Program-made: the position numbers and the translations under genes
Shown: positions 19,638-29,565 of the stretch, piece after piece
Layout: each line of letters starts with the position of its first letter
Numbering within the stretch: position 1 is the first letter of the stretch
Notes under the pieces: model-generated
Databases searched by the model: none
What the model was told of the DNA's origin: nothing
What the model saw: only the letters and a program-made list of their open reading frames with translations
Assembly: GCA_963715865.1 (NCBI GenBank)
Contig: OY970280.1
Coordinates: 2,208,001 to 2,272,000, forward strand
Source: Candidatus Bathyarchaeota archaeon
Lineage (GTDB): Archaea > Thermoproteota > Bathyarchaeia > Bathyarchaeales > Bathycorpusculaceae
Direction: 5' to 3'
Length of the DNA: 64,000 nt

Positions 19638-21083
19638 TTGGCGCAAAGCCAATTTTCCGTAGGCTTCTTGGATTCAACCACATACCACAGAGGCCAAACA
19701 GCGACAATAAACGCGATAGGTTACCAACCGAACCAAGCTGCAACACTGAGCATCACCAGCTCAAGCGGTACCAGTCTCGACTCTGAATCACTAACAGCAT
19801 CGGATGCTGGCGTAATCAGTACAACATGGGTAGTTCCCTCTAACGCTGCGACTGGAGCTTATACTGTAAAAATAACTCCTCAAGGCACCCAGAAATCGAT
19901 ACAAGACTCACAGAGTTTTTCGATTATCGGATATGCCGTCACAATTAAAACGGTAAACCTAGCAGGTGAAGTTGTTCCTCAAATACAAATTCAAGCCACA
20001 GATCAAGCAACCAACACAGTTTATAACAGTACCAGCGGATCAGACGGCGTAGCCAACTTCAATCTTGAAACAGGCACTCTGTCTTTGACTGCATTTCGGA
20101 ACGGTGTTAACGTAGGGCAAAGCAACATAACAGTCACCGGTAACGGCGCTTTCAATTTGCAATGCCAATTAACTGATCTTAAAATAATAGTTCAAAATGA
20201 AAACGGTGTTCCAATTCCGTTTGTGAACTTAGCCATTACATATCAATATCAATTGACAAACGGTGGCTCTTCTCAAACAGGAAATGCTTCTGGCCAGACA
20301 GATCCTTCAGGAGCCTTCATGTTAAACTCTACCCTAACCGGAATAAGCTATACTATCAACGCTTTATTATACAATCAAGTTTTCAACTCAGGCAATAACA
20401 CCGCTAATAATGTTCCAGCACAGGCGATCTCAGAAATAGTGATAACATGTCCAAATGAACCATTAAGCATTAATGTAGTTGGTTATAACCAAGCTGCAAT
20501 CCCTGGTGCACGCATAGAACTTGTTGAATTAACAAGTGGCTTGTTCTATACTGCTTCAACTGACAGCTCCGGCTCAGTCACCAGCCAAGTTACCTTTGGA
20601 ATGTACAGAGCAAGAATTTACAAAGATAACATTCTGATTAATGAAACAAACATCCAAGTCTTCAGCAGCACGCAAAAACAAATACAGTGCACTCTCTACG
20701 GCATCCAAGTATCAGTATCAGTCGTGGACTTTTTCGGTCGGCCAATTCCAAATGCTAATGTTACATTAAATGGACCGGAAACAGAGCGCTTCTCCGCTAT
20801 AACTAAAGGCGATGGAACTGCAACCTTCAGTAATGTTATTGGTGGCGATATGCAAATTGTAGCGTTTGCTTCAGGAGCACAGAATGGTTATCAAGCCGTA
20901 ACCCTCACTGTTGTTCAGCCAACTTCAGTTCAGATAAAAATTGATAGGTATATTGCTCTCGGGTCACTCTTGATACAAACAAGTTCCCTGATCACCATAG
21001 CCGTAATATTGGTAGCCGTAATCCTGTTCGCTGCCGTGGAAATTTACAGGCGAAAAAGAGTTAAACATACCCTTGAAAGCTAA
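19638..21083 (+). CDS. 3' part of the same surface protein (carboxypeptidase-regulatory-like/Ig domains, C-terminal TM and basic tail)
   Basis: Frame is open upstream to 19506 (DSLTNYTGSYTVYFNQSVP precedes the TTG); no signal peptide of its own; ends in TM helix plus YRRKRVK. Confidence 0.75.
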   Translation: MAQSQFSVGFLDSTTYHRGQTATINAIGYQPNQAATLSITSSSGTSLDSESLTASDAGVISTTWVVPSNAATGAYTVKITPQGTQKSIQDSQSFSIIGYAVTIKTVNLAGEVVPQIQIQATDQATNTVYNSTSGSDGVANFNLETGTLSLTAFRNGVNVGQSNITVTGNGAFNLQCQLTDLKIIVQNENGVPIPFVNLAITYQYQLTNGGSSQTGNASGQTDPSGAFMLNSTLTGISYTINALLYNQVFNSGNNTANNVPAQAISEIVITCPNEPLSINVVGYNQAAIPGARIELVELTSGLFYTASTDSSGSVTSQVTFGMYRARIYKDNILINETNIQVFSSTQKQIQCTLYGIQVSVSVVDFFGRPIPNANVTLNGPETERFSAITKGDGTATFSNVIGGDMQIVAFASGAQNGYQAVTLTVVQPTSVQIKIDRYIALGSLLIQTSSLITIAVILVAVILFAAVEIYRRKRVKHTLES

Positions 21084-21184
21084 ATATGCAATTTCACCCT
21101 TGACAAGAAAAAAGTTTATATTGCTTCCAATAAACATAAAGAAAATACAAGGATAAAACATCAACAATTTGATTTTGATTTGAG

Positions 21185-21484
21185 GTGTATCTATTGGCTC
21201 AATCAAAAGCTTGTTCTCCAACATGCCCATCTTTTAAGTGCGCCAAAAAATCTACCTTCTACCGACGAGACACCGTTTGGTGTAGATTGACCGAAGAAAT
21301 GTGCAACGTCGCAAACTGCACCTACTCTATGTGCATAAAAAGGCGGCTGCTACCACGAGGAATATGCGGCGAAACCGTCAAACGCAAAACCGTTGAAAAA
21401 GACCTTGACGATGATTTCTTGGGTGAATCAATAAAACTTAAAGGAAAAGCATTGCGCAAACTCGGAGACAAAGAAATCTTTTAA
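21185..21484 (+). CDS. Small Cys-rich hypothetical protein
   Basis: CSPTCPSFKC..WC..C..C..C..IC followed by a charged tail. Confidence 0.65.
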   Translation: MYLLAQSKACSPTCPSFKCAKKSTFYRRDTVWCRLTEEMCNVANCTYSMCIKRRLLPRGICGETVKRKTVEKDLDDDFLGESIKLKGKALRKLGDKEIF

Positions 21485-21540
21485 ATATGAACTGAAAACT
21501 AAAACTGAGAACTCGTGCTAAAAGTACGAGTTTCCCCTTC

Positions 21541-21702
21541 TTATTTTGATTGAACACGTTTAACTACTGGCGGTTTAACTTTCTTTAGAATCCTGTAACC
21601 ACAGATGATACATTTAGTTTCTCCACCACGTAGCTCTAATTCTTCAGATGGCACTTTTGCCCCGCATCTCGTGCATTCGTAAACAATTCCTGACTTTTCC
21701 AT
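21541..21702 (-). CDS. rpoP: DNA-directed RNA polymerase subunit P (Rpo12), 53 aa; not in ORF track
   Basis: Hand translation MEKSGIVYECTRCGAKVPSEELELRGGETKCIICGYRILKKVKPPVVKRVQSK. Confidence 0.93.
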   Translation of the reverse strand: MEKSGIVYECTRCGAKVPSEELELRGGETKCIICGYRILKKVKPPVVKRVQSK

Positions 21703-21781
21703 AAGAAACGCCTCTTCCTACAAAGGAAAGTATTTTGCTTTTAAACATTTCCAATACTTTATCACTAATGAGGATGCGCAG

Positions 21782-22648
21782 TTGAGAAAACGACTTCGAA
21801 AAAAACTCTCCGCCGCTTTCTCTTCGGAAGAGTTAAACCAAATTTACAATTCCTTCGATATAATAGGCGACATCGCAATCATCAAAATGCCAAACGCCAA
21901 TCCAGTTAACGCTGAAACAGTAGCAAACCACATAATGGCTGTACATAGAAACGTGAAAACAGTTTTTGCCCAAACTAGTCCCATCTTGGGCGATTTTAGA
22001 GTTAGAGAGTTAAGGTTGTTGGCGGGCGAAGACAAAACAAGCACCAAATATAGAGAATCAGGTTGCGTGTTCGCTGTTGATGTTGAGAAATGTTATTTTT
22101 CACCCAGGCTTTCGCACGAGAGATTACGGGTCGCAAGCATGGTTAAGCCTGGCGAGACAGTTGTTAACATGTTTGCAGGCGTAGGCTGCTTTAGCATAAT
22201 AATCGCCAAGACCGTAGGCCAAACCAAAGTGTTCTCAATCGACGTTAACCCAACCGCAGTCAAATACATGGAGGAGAACGTTAGAATCAACAGGGTCTAC
22301 GGTAAAGTAATCCCATTGCTTGGTGACTCAAAAGAAATTATCGATGCTCAACTGCAGGGGAAGGCTGACCGTGTCTTGATGCCTTTGCCTGAAAAAGCCC
22401 TCGAATATTTGCCCTACGCAGTTTCAGCGCTCAAAAAACCTGGCGGTTGGATCCACTACTATGATTTCCAACATGCAACGGGCAACGAAAAACCAGTTGA
22501 GAAAACCAAGCTGAAAGCAGCCCAAAAACTTGATAGCCTCGGCGTAGGTTACAATTTTGCTTTTTCTCGTGTGGTTCGAAGTACTGGTCCTAACTGGTAC
22601 CAAACCGTTTTGGATATACTGGTCGTTTCTTTGCCAAGCAAGTTTTAA
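21782..22648 (+). CDS. trm5: Trm5/Taw2-family tRNA methyltransferase (Trm5a/Taw22-like)
   Basis: FDIIGDIAII, YFSPRLSHER, NMFAGVG, DVNP, DRVLMPLP motifs. Confidence 0.85.
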   Translation: MRKRLRKKLSAAFSSEELNQIYNSFDIIGDIAIIKMPNANPVNAETVANHIMAVHRNVKTVFAQTSPILGDFRVRELRLLAGEDKTSTKYRESGCVFAVDVEKCYFSPRLSHERLRVASMVKPGETVVNMFAGVGCFSIIIAKTVGQTKVFSIDVNPTAVKYMEENVRINRVYGKVIPLLGDSKEIIDAQLQGKADRVLMPLPEKALEYLPYAVSALKKPGGWIHYYDFQHATGNEKPVEKTKLKAAQKLDSLGVGYNFAFSRVVRSTGPNWYQTVLDILVVSLPSKF

Positions 22649-22684
22649 TAACTCAGCCGTTAACTAATTATTTTGTGAAGTAAA

Positions 22685-22954
22685 TTGAAGCGAAAACTAA
22701 TGGAAATCTTAGCCTGCCCCATAGACAAGTACCATCCACTTGAACTTCATGTTTTCGAAGAAAAAGACGAAATAGTGGAAGGATTAATCGTCTGCCCCAA
22801 ATGTTTACGCTGGTACCCGATAAGAGACGAAATTCCAGAAATGTTACCTGATGAGCTGCGGAAAGAAGCTGAAGACCTGCCTTTCTTGAAGAAATGGAAG
22901 GCAAAAATCCCTGAAAAAATAGTGTCCGAAGGAAAACCCTTCAACTTAAAATAA
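22685..22954 (+). CDS. trm112: Trm112-like methyltransferase activator
   Basis: LMEILACP..L..EGLIVCPKCLRWYPIRDEIPEML; directly follows the methyltransferase. Confidence 0.9.
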   Translation: MKRKLMEILACPIDKYHPLELHVFEEKDEIVEGLIVCPKCLRWYPIRDEIPEMLPDELRKEAEDLPFLKKWKAKIPEKIVSEGKPFNLK

Positions 22955-22956
22955 GT

Positions 22957-23907
22957 TTATCTTTTTAGTTTTATTGCCCTGTTTTTAATCGAGGATTGCA
23001 TGGCGGCTTGAGCGATTTCTAGGGCTTTTACGCCGTCATCTCCTGTTATGAGTTGCTTTTTCTTTTCAAGTATGCATTCTGCAAAGTGTTGAAGTTCAAG
23101 TTTTAAAGGTTCTTGGAATGGGTATCTTGGCTGCACGGACTCTTTTTGCTGTTCAATCCATAGGTCTTGAGTTATGTAATCCAGTCTCATTATGGCGTCG
23201 CTTCCAGTGACCGTTAACGTTCGTGTTTTATAGGGTGTTAACCAGTTGGATTCTATGAAAGCGCTTTCTCTATCCTTGTATGTGAGCATTATGTGGGCGT
23301 AGTCTTCGAATTTTAGGTGCCTCATGCTTCCCATTTTTGCGTAAACAGTAACGGGGTCCTGCTTGGATATGAATCGCATGACATCTATGTCATGTATGGC
23401 TGTGTCTTTAACTACTCCAACATCGCCTATTCTTTCAGGCCATTGGGAAACTCGTTTGGCGTTAGCACAGACTAATTCGCCGATTTTTTTGCTCTCCACC
23501 GCTTCACGAATGCTCTGCAGTCCAGGAATAAACCTCATCAAAAAACCTACGGTTAAGATTAGACCGTTTTGCTCTGCAGTTTCACAAAGCTTTTCCGCTT
23601 GCTTTGTGTTTGTGGCCATGGGTTTCTCAACCAGAACATGCTTTCCGGCTCTAAGGGCTTTGAGCGCTTCTTTTGCAAGGTGTGTTGACCATGTGCAAAC
23701 GCTTACGGCTTCGATTTCTTTATTCTTCAGCATTCGCGTGCTGTTTGTGTAGGCTTTTACGCCGTACTGGTTAGCCATGGTTTTGGCTCTTTCTGGGTTC
23801 ACATCACAAATTGCAATGAGTTCGGTTGAGGGCAGTTCTTTGTAGACTCTTATGTGATTTTTTCCCCAAGCACCTGTGCCGATTACTGCTACTCCAAGCT
23901 TCTTCAT
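22957..23907 (-). CDS. Gfo/Idh/MocA family oxidoreductase (WbpB/WlbA-like nucleotide-sugar dehydrogenase)
   Basis: GTGAWG Rossmann motif, EKPM, DTAIHDID. Confidence 0.88.
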   Translation of the reverse strand: MKKLGVAVIGTGAWGKNHIRVYKELPSTELIAICDVNPERAKTMANQYGVKAYTNSTRMLKNKEIEAVSVCTWSTHLAKEALKALRAGKHVLVEKPMATNTKQAEKLCETAEQNGLILTVGFLMRFIPGLQSIREAVESKKIGELVCANAKRVSQWPERIGDVGVVKDTAIHDIDVMRFISKQDPVTVYAKMGSMRHLKFEDYAHIMLTYKDRESAFIESNWLTPYKTRTLTVTGSDAIMRLDYITQDLWIEQQKESVQPRYPFQEPLKLELQHFAECILEKKKQLITGDDGVKALEIAQAAMQSSIKNRAIKLKR

Positions 23908-23909
23908 TT

Positions 23910-25244
23910 TTATCCAATTCCTCTTCCCAGTCCACGGTATATGAAGCCTTCTGTTTCCACTTTTTGAGGCTCCAATGCACCTGCTAAATCTACGATTACT
24001 GAGGGTGCTTTCGTTAATGGTTTAAGTTTCTTTAGGTTTAAGTGTTTAAACTGTTCCTCCCTCGTGAGTATCACTATGCAGTCCGTGTCTTCCACTGCTT
24101 CATTTAAGCTAGTCTTCACTACCCGCGAATCTAGTGGCTCTTTCTTTGCTGCAGGGTCGTAGAGGCTGGCTTTGGCGCCTTTCAACTCCAACATTTTAAC
24201 AAAAACGCTCGTAGCTGTACTCGGGTTAACTGTGCCTAAAACGGCAACCCTTGCTCTTCTCAGCGTTTTGCCGCAGCTTCTCAGGGCACTTTGTGTTAAA
24301 TTAACCGCGTGTTTAACCATGTCTTCGTTTATTTGCCTTGCCAAAGCTGGAAGCCTAAGTTTAGCATTAAGATTCTCTGCGCTTTCAAGCAAAAGATATG
24401 CTTCGTTCTTATTTTCTTCCTCGACAATTGTCGGCCAAAAACTCTGGTCATTGAAATCCAACAATTTTGAAACCTCAAAGTAGTCTATGTTTGCGTTTTC
24501 GCAGAAAACCGCCAACTCGTTAGCTAAGGCTGTGTTTGTGTCTTGTTTTGCAACTGTGAAAAGCGTTGCTATTTCTGCTGTTTTGACATCGCTTATTTGT
24601 TTAACGTTTTTCGTTATTGTTTTCAGAATGTTTGTTGCTGCGTCTAGGCTGGTTTTTTCAATTCCAGCAACCTTCAACTCCAAGTTGGCCATCGGCTTGA
24701 TGAGTTTTGCGTCTGAGTTGCGTATCGGAATATAAGCTAAACCGAAACCCTGCCCCACCTTGAGACCTGATGTGTTCTCCAATGTTTCCTTCATTATTCC
24801 TTCAATGAAACCGAAACCTGCGACATCACCATAAATAACCAGTGCACTCGGGCGGAGTACGGCTCCAACTTGCTTGCAAGCGTTTACTGCTTCTGAGTAA
24901 TCAATTTTTTTCTTATCGTCAACTTTTGCTGGTACAGTTATAATTATTATATCGCCTTGTGAAACAGCCTTTTTTATGTCGCTCATGACGGTTAATTGCC
25001 CTGAGTTGATTAGACTTTTTAGCCTGCCTTCAACTTCTTGTTCTGGAAAGGATGTTTTTCCTTTTGCAACTTTTTTTATCACGCTTGGGTCGGCATCTGA
25101 GCATACAACTTTGAAGCCTGCGTCAGCGAAGGCGTTAGCGAAAAGGATTCCTTTTTGTCCGCATCCAATAACGCTCACAGTGTATTTTGAGCGTTTCTCG
25201 CTCGTGTCTATCTCGTCTGGTTTTAGGTTTAGAACTGCGGGCAT
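23910..25244 (-). CDS. UDP-glucose/GDP-mannose dehydrogenase family homologue with degenerate active site
   Basis: Three-domain layout recognisable (VIGCGQKG, NTALANELA, VAVLG) but catalytic Lys and GGHC Cys motifs are absent. Confidence 0.75.
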   Translation of the reverse strand: MPAVLNLKPDEIDTSEKRSKYTVSVIGCGQKGILFANAFADAGFKVVCSDADPSVIKKVAKGKTSFPEQEVEGRLKSLINSGQLTVMSDIKKAVSQGDIIIITVPAKVDDKKKIDYSEAVNACKQVGAVLRPSALVIYGDVAGFGFIEGIMKETLENTSGLKVGQGFGLAYIPIRNSDAKLIKPMANLELKVAGIEKTSLDAATNILKTITKNVKQISDVKTAEIATLFTVAKQDTNTALANELAVFCENANIDYFEVSKLLDFNDQSFWPTIVEEENKNEAYLLLESAENLNAKLRLPALARQINEDMVKHAVNLTQSALRSCGKTLRRARVAVLGTVNPSTATSVFVKMLELKGAKASLYDPAAKKEPLDSRVVKTSLNEAVEDTDCIVILTREEQFKHLNLKKLKPLTKAPSVIVDLAGALEPQKVETEGFIYRGLGRGIG

Positions 25245-25276
25245 TAACTGGTTTCTCCAATTTGCAATGGGGCTTG

Positions 25277-26644
25277 CTATACACTTTCGAGGATTTTTTT
25301 AAGCCTTGAACTGTAGTCTTCAACTAGCTTTAATGCTTTTTCTTGGCTTTTCGCCTCAGCATACAACCTGAAAACCGGTTCCGTCCCGCTTGGTCTAATC
25401 AAGATGGCGCTGTTGTCGCTGAACCAAATTTTTACTCCATCTATTGTGCTAATGTTTTCGCCTTTTACTTGTCCAAACAGTTTCTGCAACAAAACTTCTT
25501 TCTTTTCATCAGGGCACTCGATTTTTCCTTTTTCAAGGAAATATTGCGGTTGTTCAGCAACAAGTTTAGATAGCTTCTCTCCAGTTTCAGCCATTATGTT
25601 AAGCAGCAATGCGGTTGTCATTGCTCCATCACGGACTGCTTGATGTGGACCATAGAAAACTCCGCCGTTTTCTTCTCCGCCCAATTTAACGTTTAATTCT
25701 TTCATTTTCTGGGAAACCGTAACGCTTCCAACTTTGGTCCAAATTAACTCGCCTTTGTACGCTTGTACCGTGTCTTTGATAAGCGTAGAAGAGCTTACTG
25801 GCGTAACTATTTTTGCGCCCAGGTTTTTAATGAGGAACTGTTTTATAATTACTGCAAAGGTTTTGTCTCCCCAGTAAATTACACCATTTTCATCGACAAA
25901 TATTGAGCGGTCTGCATCACCGTCAAAAGCTACACCCAAGTCTGCACCGATTGCTTTCACAGTTGAAGCCAAATCAGTGAGGCTCTCGGGTCTAGGCTCT
26001 GGCAATCTTCCCGGAAAAGTGCCGTCAATATTAGCGTTGATGCTGGTTACTTTACAGCCAAGTTCCCTCAGCAATGGCGGTGCTGTGAGGCCACCCACGC
26101 TATTAGCTGCGTCTACAACAACGTGGAAGTGCCTTTCTGCTATTTTTGCAGGGTTAACCTGTTTTTCTATGGCTTGGATGTATTCATCGTTAATTCCAGG
26201 CAACTCACGCAATGTCCCAAGCTTGTCCCATTCTGCAAACACTATTTTGTTATCAAAGTAAATGTTTTCTATTTCGACTTCTTGCTCATGTGAAGTTTCG
26301 ATGCCGTCGCTCCAAATGACTTTAATACCGTTATATTCAGGCGGATTATGGGAAGCGGTTATTATTACTCCGCCATCCATCTGGTGGTTTTTAACGGCGT
26401 ATTGCAGTGCAGGCGTTGGCGCCATCCCAGCGAAAAACACGTTGCATCCAGTAGCGGTTAAACCAGAAATCACTGCTTTAGCAAACATTGGACCGCTGGT
26501 TCTAGCATCGTGTCCTAATAGTAAATTTTTTCTTCCAAAAAAAGTTCCAATGGAACAGCCAACTTTTATGGCCATTTCAGGCGTCAATTCTACATTTACT
26601 AAGCCTCGAATACCGTTTGTTCCAAAAAGTTTTCTTGCACTCAT
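25277..26644 (-). CDS. glmM: Phosphoglucosamine mutase / phosphomannomutase
   Basis: LFGTNGIRG, TASHNP phosphoserine loop, FDGDADR, GEENGG, RPSGTEP. Confidence 0.93.
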   Translation of the reverse strand: MSARKLFGTNGIRGLVNVELTPEMAIKVGCSIGTFFGRKNLLLGHDARTSGPMFAKAVISGLTATGCNVFFAGMAPTPALQYAVKNHQMDGGVIITASHNPPEYNGIKVIWSDGIETSHEQEVEIENIYFDNKIVFAEWDKLGTLRELPGINDEYIQAIEKQVNPAKIAERHFHVVVDAANSVGGLTAPPLLRELGCKVTSINANIDGTFPGRLPEPRPESLTDLASTVKAIGADLGVAFDGDADRSIFVDENGVIYWGDKTFAVIIKQFLIKNLGAKIVTPVSSSTLIKDTVQAYKGELIWTKVGSVTVSQKMKELNVKLGGEENGGVFYGPHQAVRDGAMTTALLLNIMAETGEKLSKLVAEQPQYFLEKGKIECPDEKKEVLLQKLFGQVKGENISTIDGVKIWFSDNSAILIRPSGTEPVFRLYAEAKSQEKALKLVEDYSSRLKKILESV

Positions 26645-26665
26645 AAATTTTCATCTCATTCTTAA

Positions 26666-27763
26666 TTAACAGTTAATCTTAGGTTTTAAAATGTTTTCAG
26701 AGACTTCATTCGCTGGGCAAACAGCCAACTTTCCCGAAAGGTGAAGGTTATCTTTGATTTTTGCTTGGTCCCCAATTATGCAACCGCTGCTGATTTTAAC
26801 ATGTTTTCCAATTTGTGCTCCTTCGCCGATTATTGCTCCGTTAACTGAGGCAAAATCACCAATTTCTACGTCTGGAAAAACTATGGAGTTGCTTATTTGC
26901 ACATTTTTACCGACGTTTACGTTTTTTCCCAAAATGGCGTATGGACCGATAACTGATTTTTCCGCTATAAAAACGCCCTTGTCAAAGGCAACAGGATTCT
27001 TTACCTCAAAGTTTTTTGCGCTTTCCTGTTTGAGAGTTTTGCCTATGGAATCAAGTATTATTTTGTTTGCTTCCAGATACTCTTCTGGTTTGCCTATATC
27101 CATCCATAAGCCATTAACCAAATGACCGCAAAGTTTCCCTTCCTCAGCTAGTTTGGGAAAAACCTCTCGCTCAATCGAAACTGCCCTTCCTGAAGGAATA
27201 TAATCGAAGATTTTGGGGCTTAGAACGTAGACTCCGGCGTTTATGAGATTGCTTGGCGCTTTATCCTTCGATGGTTTTTCAATGAACCTTTTTATGTAGT
27301 TGCCATTTGCTATTTCAGCCACGCCGTACCTGCATGGGTCGTCAGCTTTGACGAGTGCAATTGTTGCTAACGCATTCGTTTTCATGTGTGTGCCAAGCAG
27401 TTCTCTGTAGCTTATATCCGCAAAAATGTCACCGTTCAAAACAATGAACGGCTCATCATGACCAATCAGTTTTTCGGCTTTTTTTATTGGTCCTGCTGTT
27501 CCAAGAGGCATTTTCGGTGGGTCGATGGAAAACTTTGCTTTTAAACCGTATTTGAGCGGCCGTTGTTGTTTTATGTAAAATTGGGTTAATGCGTTAACTG
27601 CCAATATGGCTTCTTCAACACCGTTGTTGGCTAGTCTTTCAAAAATCCATTGCAGTAAGGGCTTGTTAACTATTGGAAAAAGAGTTTTAGGTCTAGCGCA
27701 ACTTAACGGTCGAAGCCTTGTTGCGAAGCCGCCTGCTAAAATCAACGCTTTCAGGGGTGTCAC
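26666..27763 (-). CDS. NDP-sugar synthase (mannose-1-phosphate guanylyltransferase-like) with C-terminal beta-helix
   Basis: ILAGGFATRLRPL, PK, LGTAGP, NGDI, EKP, WMDIG. Confidence 0.9.
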   Translation of the reverse strand: MTPLKALILAGGFATRLRPLSCARPKTLFPIVNKPLLQWIFERLANNGVEEAILAVNALTQFYIKQQRPLKYGLKAKFSIDPPKMPLGTAGPIKKAEKLIGHDEPFIVLNGDIFADISYRELLGTHMKTNALATIALVKADDPCRYGVAEIANGNYIKRFIEKPSKDKAPSNLINAGVYVLSPKIFDYIPSGRAVSIEREVFPKLAEEGKLCGHLVNGLWMDIGKPEEYLEANKIILDSIGKTLKQESAKNFEVKNPVAFDKGVFIAEKSVIGPYAILGKNVNVGKNVQISNSIVFPDVEIGDFASVNGAIIGEGAQIGKHVKISSGCIIGDQAKIKDNLHLSGKLAVCPANEVSENILKPKINC

Positions 27764-27818
27764 CTTATTATGCTGTAATGTATTTACTCGTTTTTATATA
27801 AACAATTTTGGCGCTGTT

Positions 27819-29369
27819 TTATTCCCATTCGATGGTTGCGGGGGGCTTATGAGTAATGTCATAAACTACGCGGGTGACCTGTGGTATCTCATTTGTTATT
27901 CTAGTGGAAATTTTCTCTAGAACGGGATAGGGGATTTTGGCGAAGCTGGCAGTCATGGCTTCGCGGCTCTCAGCGATTCTGACGGCAACCACGTAACCGT
28001 ATGCTCGGGCATCACCTTTCACGCCAGTGGCTTTAGTGTCTGTTAACACGGCAAAGTACTGCCAGAGGTTCTCAGCTAAGCCATTCTTCTCAATCTCTTC
28101 GCGGACAATTTTGTCTGCTTTCTTGGCGATTCTAACTTTCTCCTCAGTTAATTCGCCAATTATCCTAACTGCTAAGCCGGGTCCAGGAAACGGCTGCCTT
28201 GTAACTATTTCTTTGGGCAAATCAAGCATTCTAGCTACTTTACGCACTTCATCCTTGTATAAATCGCGGAGGGGCTCGAGGATTTTTTTGAATTTTATTT
28301 TTTCTGGCAGCCCTGCAACGTTATGGTGAGTTTTTATTTTGTTAGAATTTTTTCTGAATCCAGACTCAATCCTGTCGGGATAAATGGTTCCTTGGATTAG
28401 GTATTCGGCGCCTGAGTCATTAGCAATTTCCTCGAAAACTCGGATAAACTCTTCCCCGATTACTTTCCGCTTCATTTCTGGGTCAACGACGCCTTTCAGT
28501 TTCTGCATGAACCGCTCTTGCGCGTTAGCTATTATGAAGTTGATTGGGAACTTTTGGAACGCTTCTCTGATAGCTTCAGGTTCGCCTTCCCGCATGAACC
28601 CATGATCCACAAAAACCGCTGTTAACTTATCGCCAAGTGCTTTCGCTGCGAGTGTGGTGGCGACGCTTGAGTCTATGCCTCCGCTTAAGCCAATTATGGC
28701 TCTGCTTCCGCCTACTTCTAATTTTAATTCTCCAACCATCTTTCCTATTAGGTCTTCCATTTGCCAGTTAGCTTGGCACTTACAAACTTGAAAGATGAAA
28801 TTGCGGAGCATGAGCATGCCGTTTTCCGTGTGAATAACTTCAGGATGCCATTGCAGACCGTAAATTGGTTTTTGTTTATGTCTGAAGGCTGCAACTGGGC
28901 AGTTTTCCGTGTGAGCTAACACCTCAAAATCTGGTGGCAGAGCAAAAACTGTGTCACCGTGGCTCATCCAAACTTTCTCTTTCTCACTTAACCCTTCCAG
29001 CAAGCCTACGGGCTTGTCGATGGCTACTTGCGCGATTCCGTATTCTTTGCAGGCTGCCGGCTCAACCTTGCCATTGGTTAATTGTGCTAAAAGCTGGTGT
29101 CCATAGCATAAACCTAGAATCGGCAAGTTCATATCTAAAATACGTGGGTCAAGTTTAGGCGCGTTCGGTTCGTAGACGCTTGCGGGTCCACCTGAAAGAA
29201 TTAAGCCTTTAACGTTGAATTTTTCATTCAGAGCCTTAACTTCTTCAGGCGATATGTCGTGGGCAACAATTTCTGAGTAGACACCGTGTTCTCTGACTCT
29301 TCTTCCTATGAGATGGCAGTATTGCCCCCCAAAGTCCAGTACCAGTATCGTGTCGTATTTTGCTTGCAT
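27819..29369 (-). CDS. guaA: GMP synthase (fused glutaminase and synthetase)
   Basis: DFGGQY, GLCYGHQ, QWHPEV triad; SGGIDS; QGTIYPD; PFPGPGLAVR; KPPATIEWE. Confidence 0.97.
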   Translation of the reverse strand: MQAKYDTILVLDFGGQYCHLIGRRVREHGVYSEIVAHDISPEEVKALNEKFNVKGLILSGGPASVYEPNAPKLDPRILDMNLPILGLCYGHQLLAQLTNGKVEPAACKEYGIAQVAIDKPVGLLEGLSEKEKVWMSHGDTVFALPPDFEVLAHTENCPVAAFRHKQKPIYGLQWHPEVIHTENGMLMLRNFIFQVCKCQANWQMEDLIGKMVGELKLEVGGSRAIIGLSGGIDSSVATTLAAKALGDKLTAVFVDHGFMREGEPEAIREAFQKFPINFIIANAQERFMQKLKGVVDPEMKRKVIGEEFIRVFEEIANDSGAEYLIQGTIYPDRIESGFRKNSNKIKTHHNVAGLPEKIKFKKILEPLRDLYKDEVRKVARMLDLPKEIVTRQPFPGPGLAVRIIGELTEEKVRIAKKADKIVREEIEKNGLAENLWQYFAVLTDTKATGVKGDARAYGYVVAVRIAESREAMTASFAKIPYPVLEKISTRITNEIPQVTRVVYDITHKPPATIEWE

Positions 29370-29565
29370 TTTAGTAGACTCAAATTATTGGGGTTTAAGC
29401 TAGTAATTTAAGATTACTATCCGTTTCTCGTCAAAGTCAAAGCAGTTTTAAAGCTTAAATGGTTTTTCCTTGCTTGTAGCATTCATTGGTCGGCAGAAAA
29501 AAACTAAACTTTTATTAATACAATCATCTGATAATTAGAATTATGTTTCAAAAAGGCTGGTTTAG

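Noticed and set aside
27819-29369. Fused guaA as evidence of bacterial transfer
   Set aside because: Fused GMP synthase also occurs in several TACK lineages and composition matches the host
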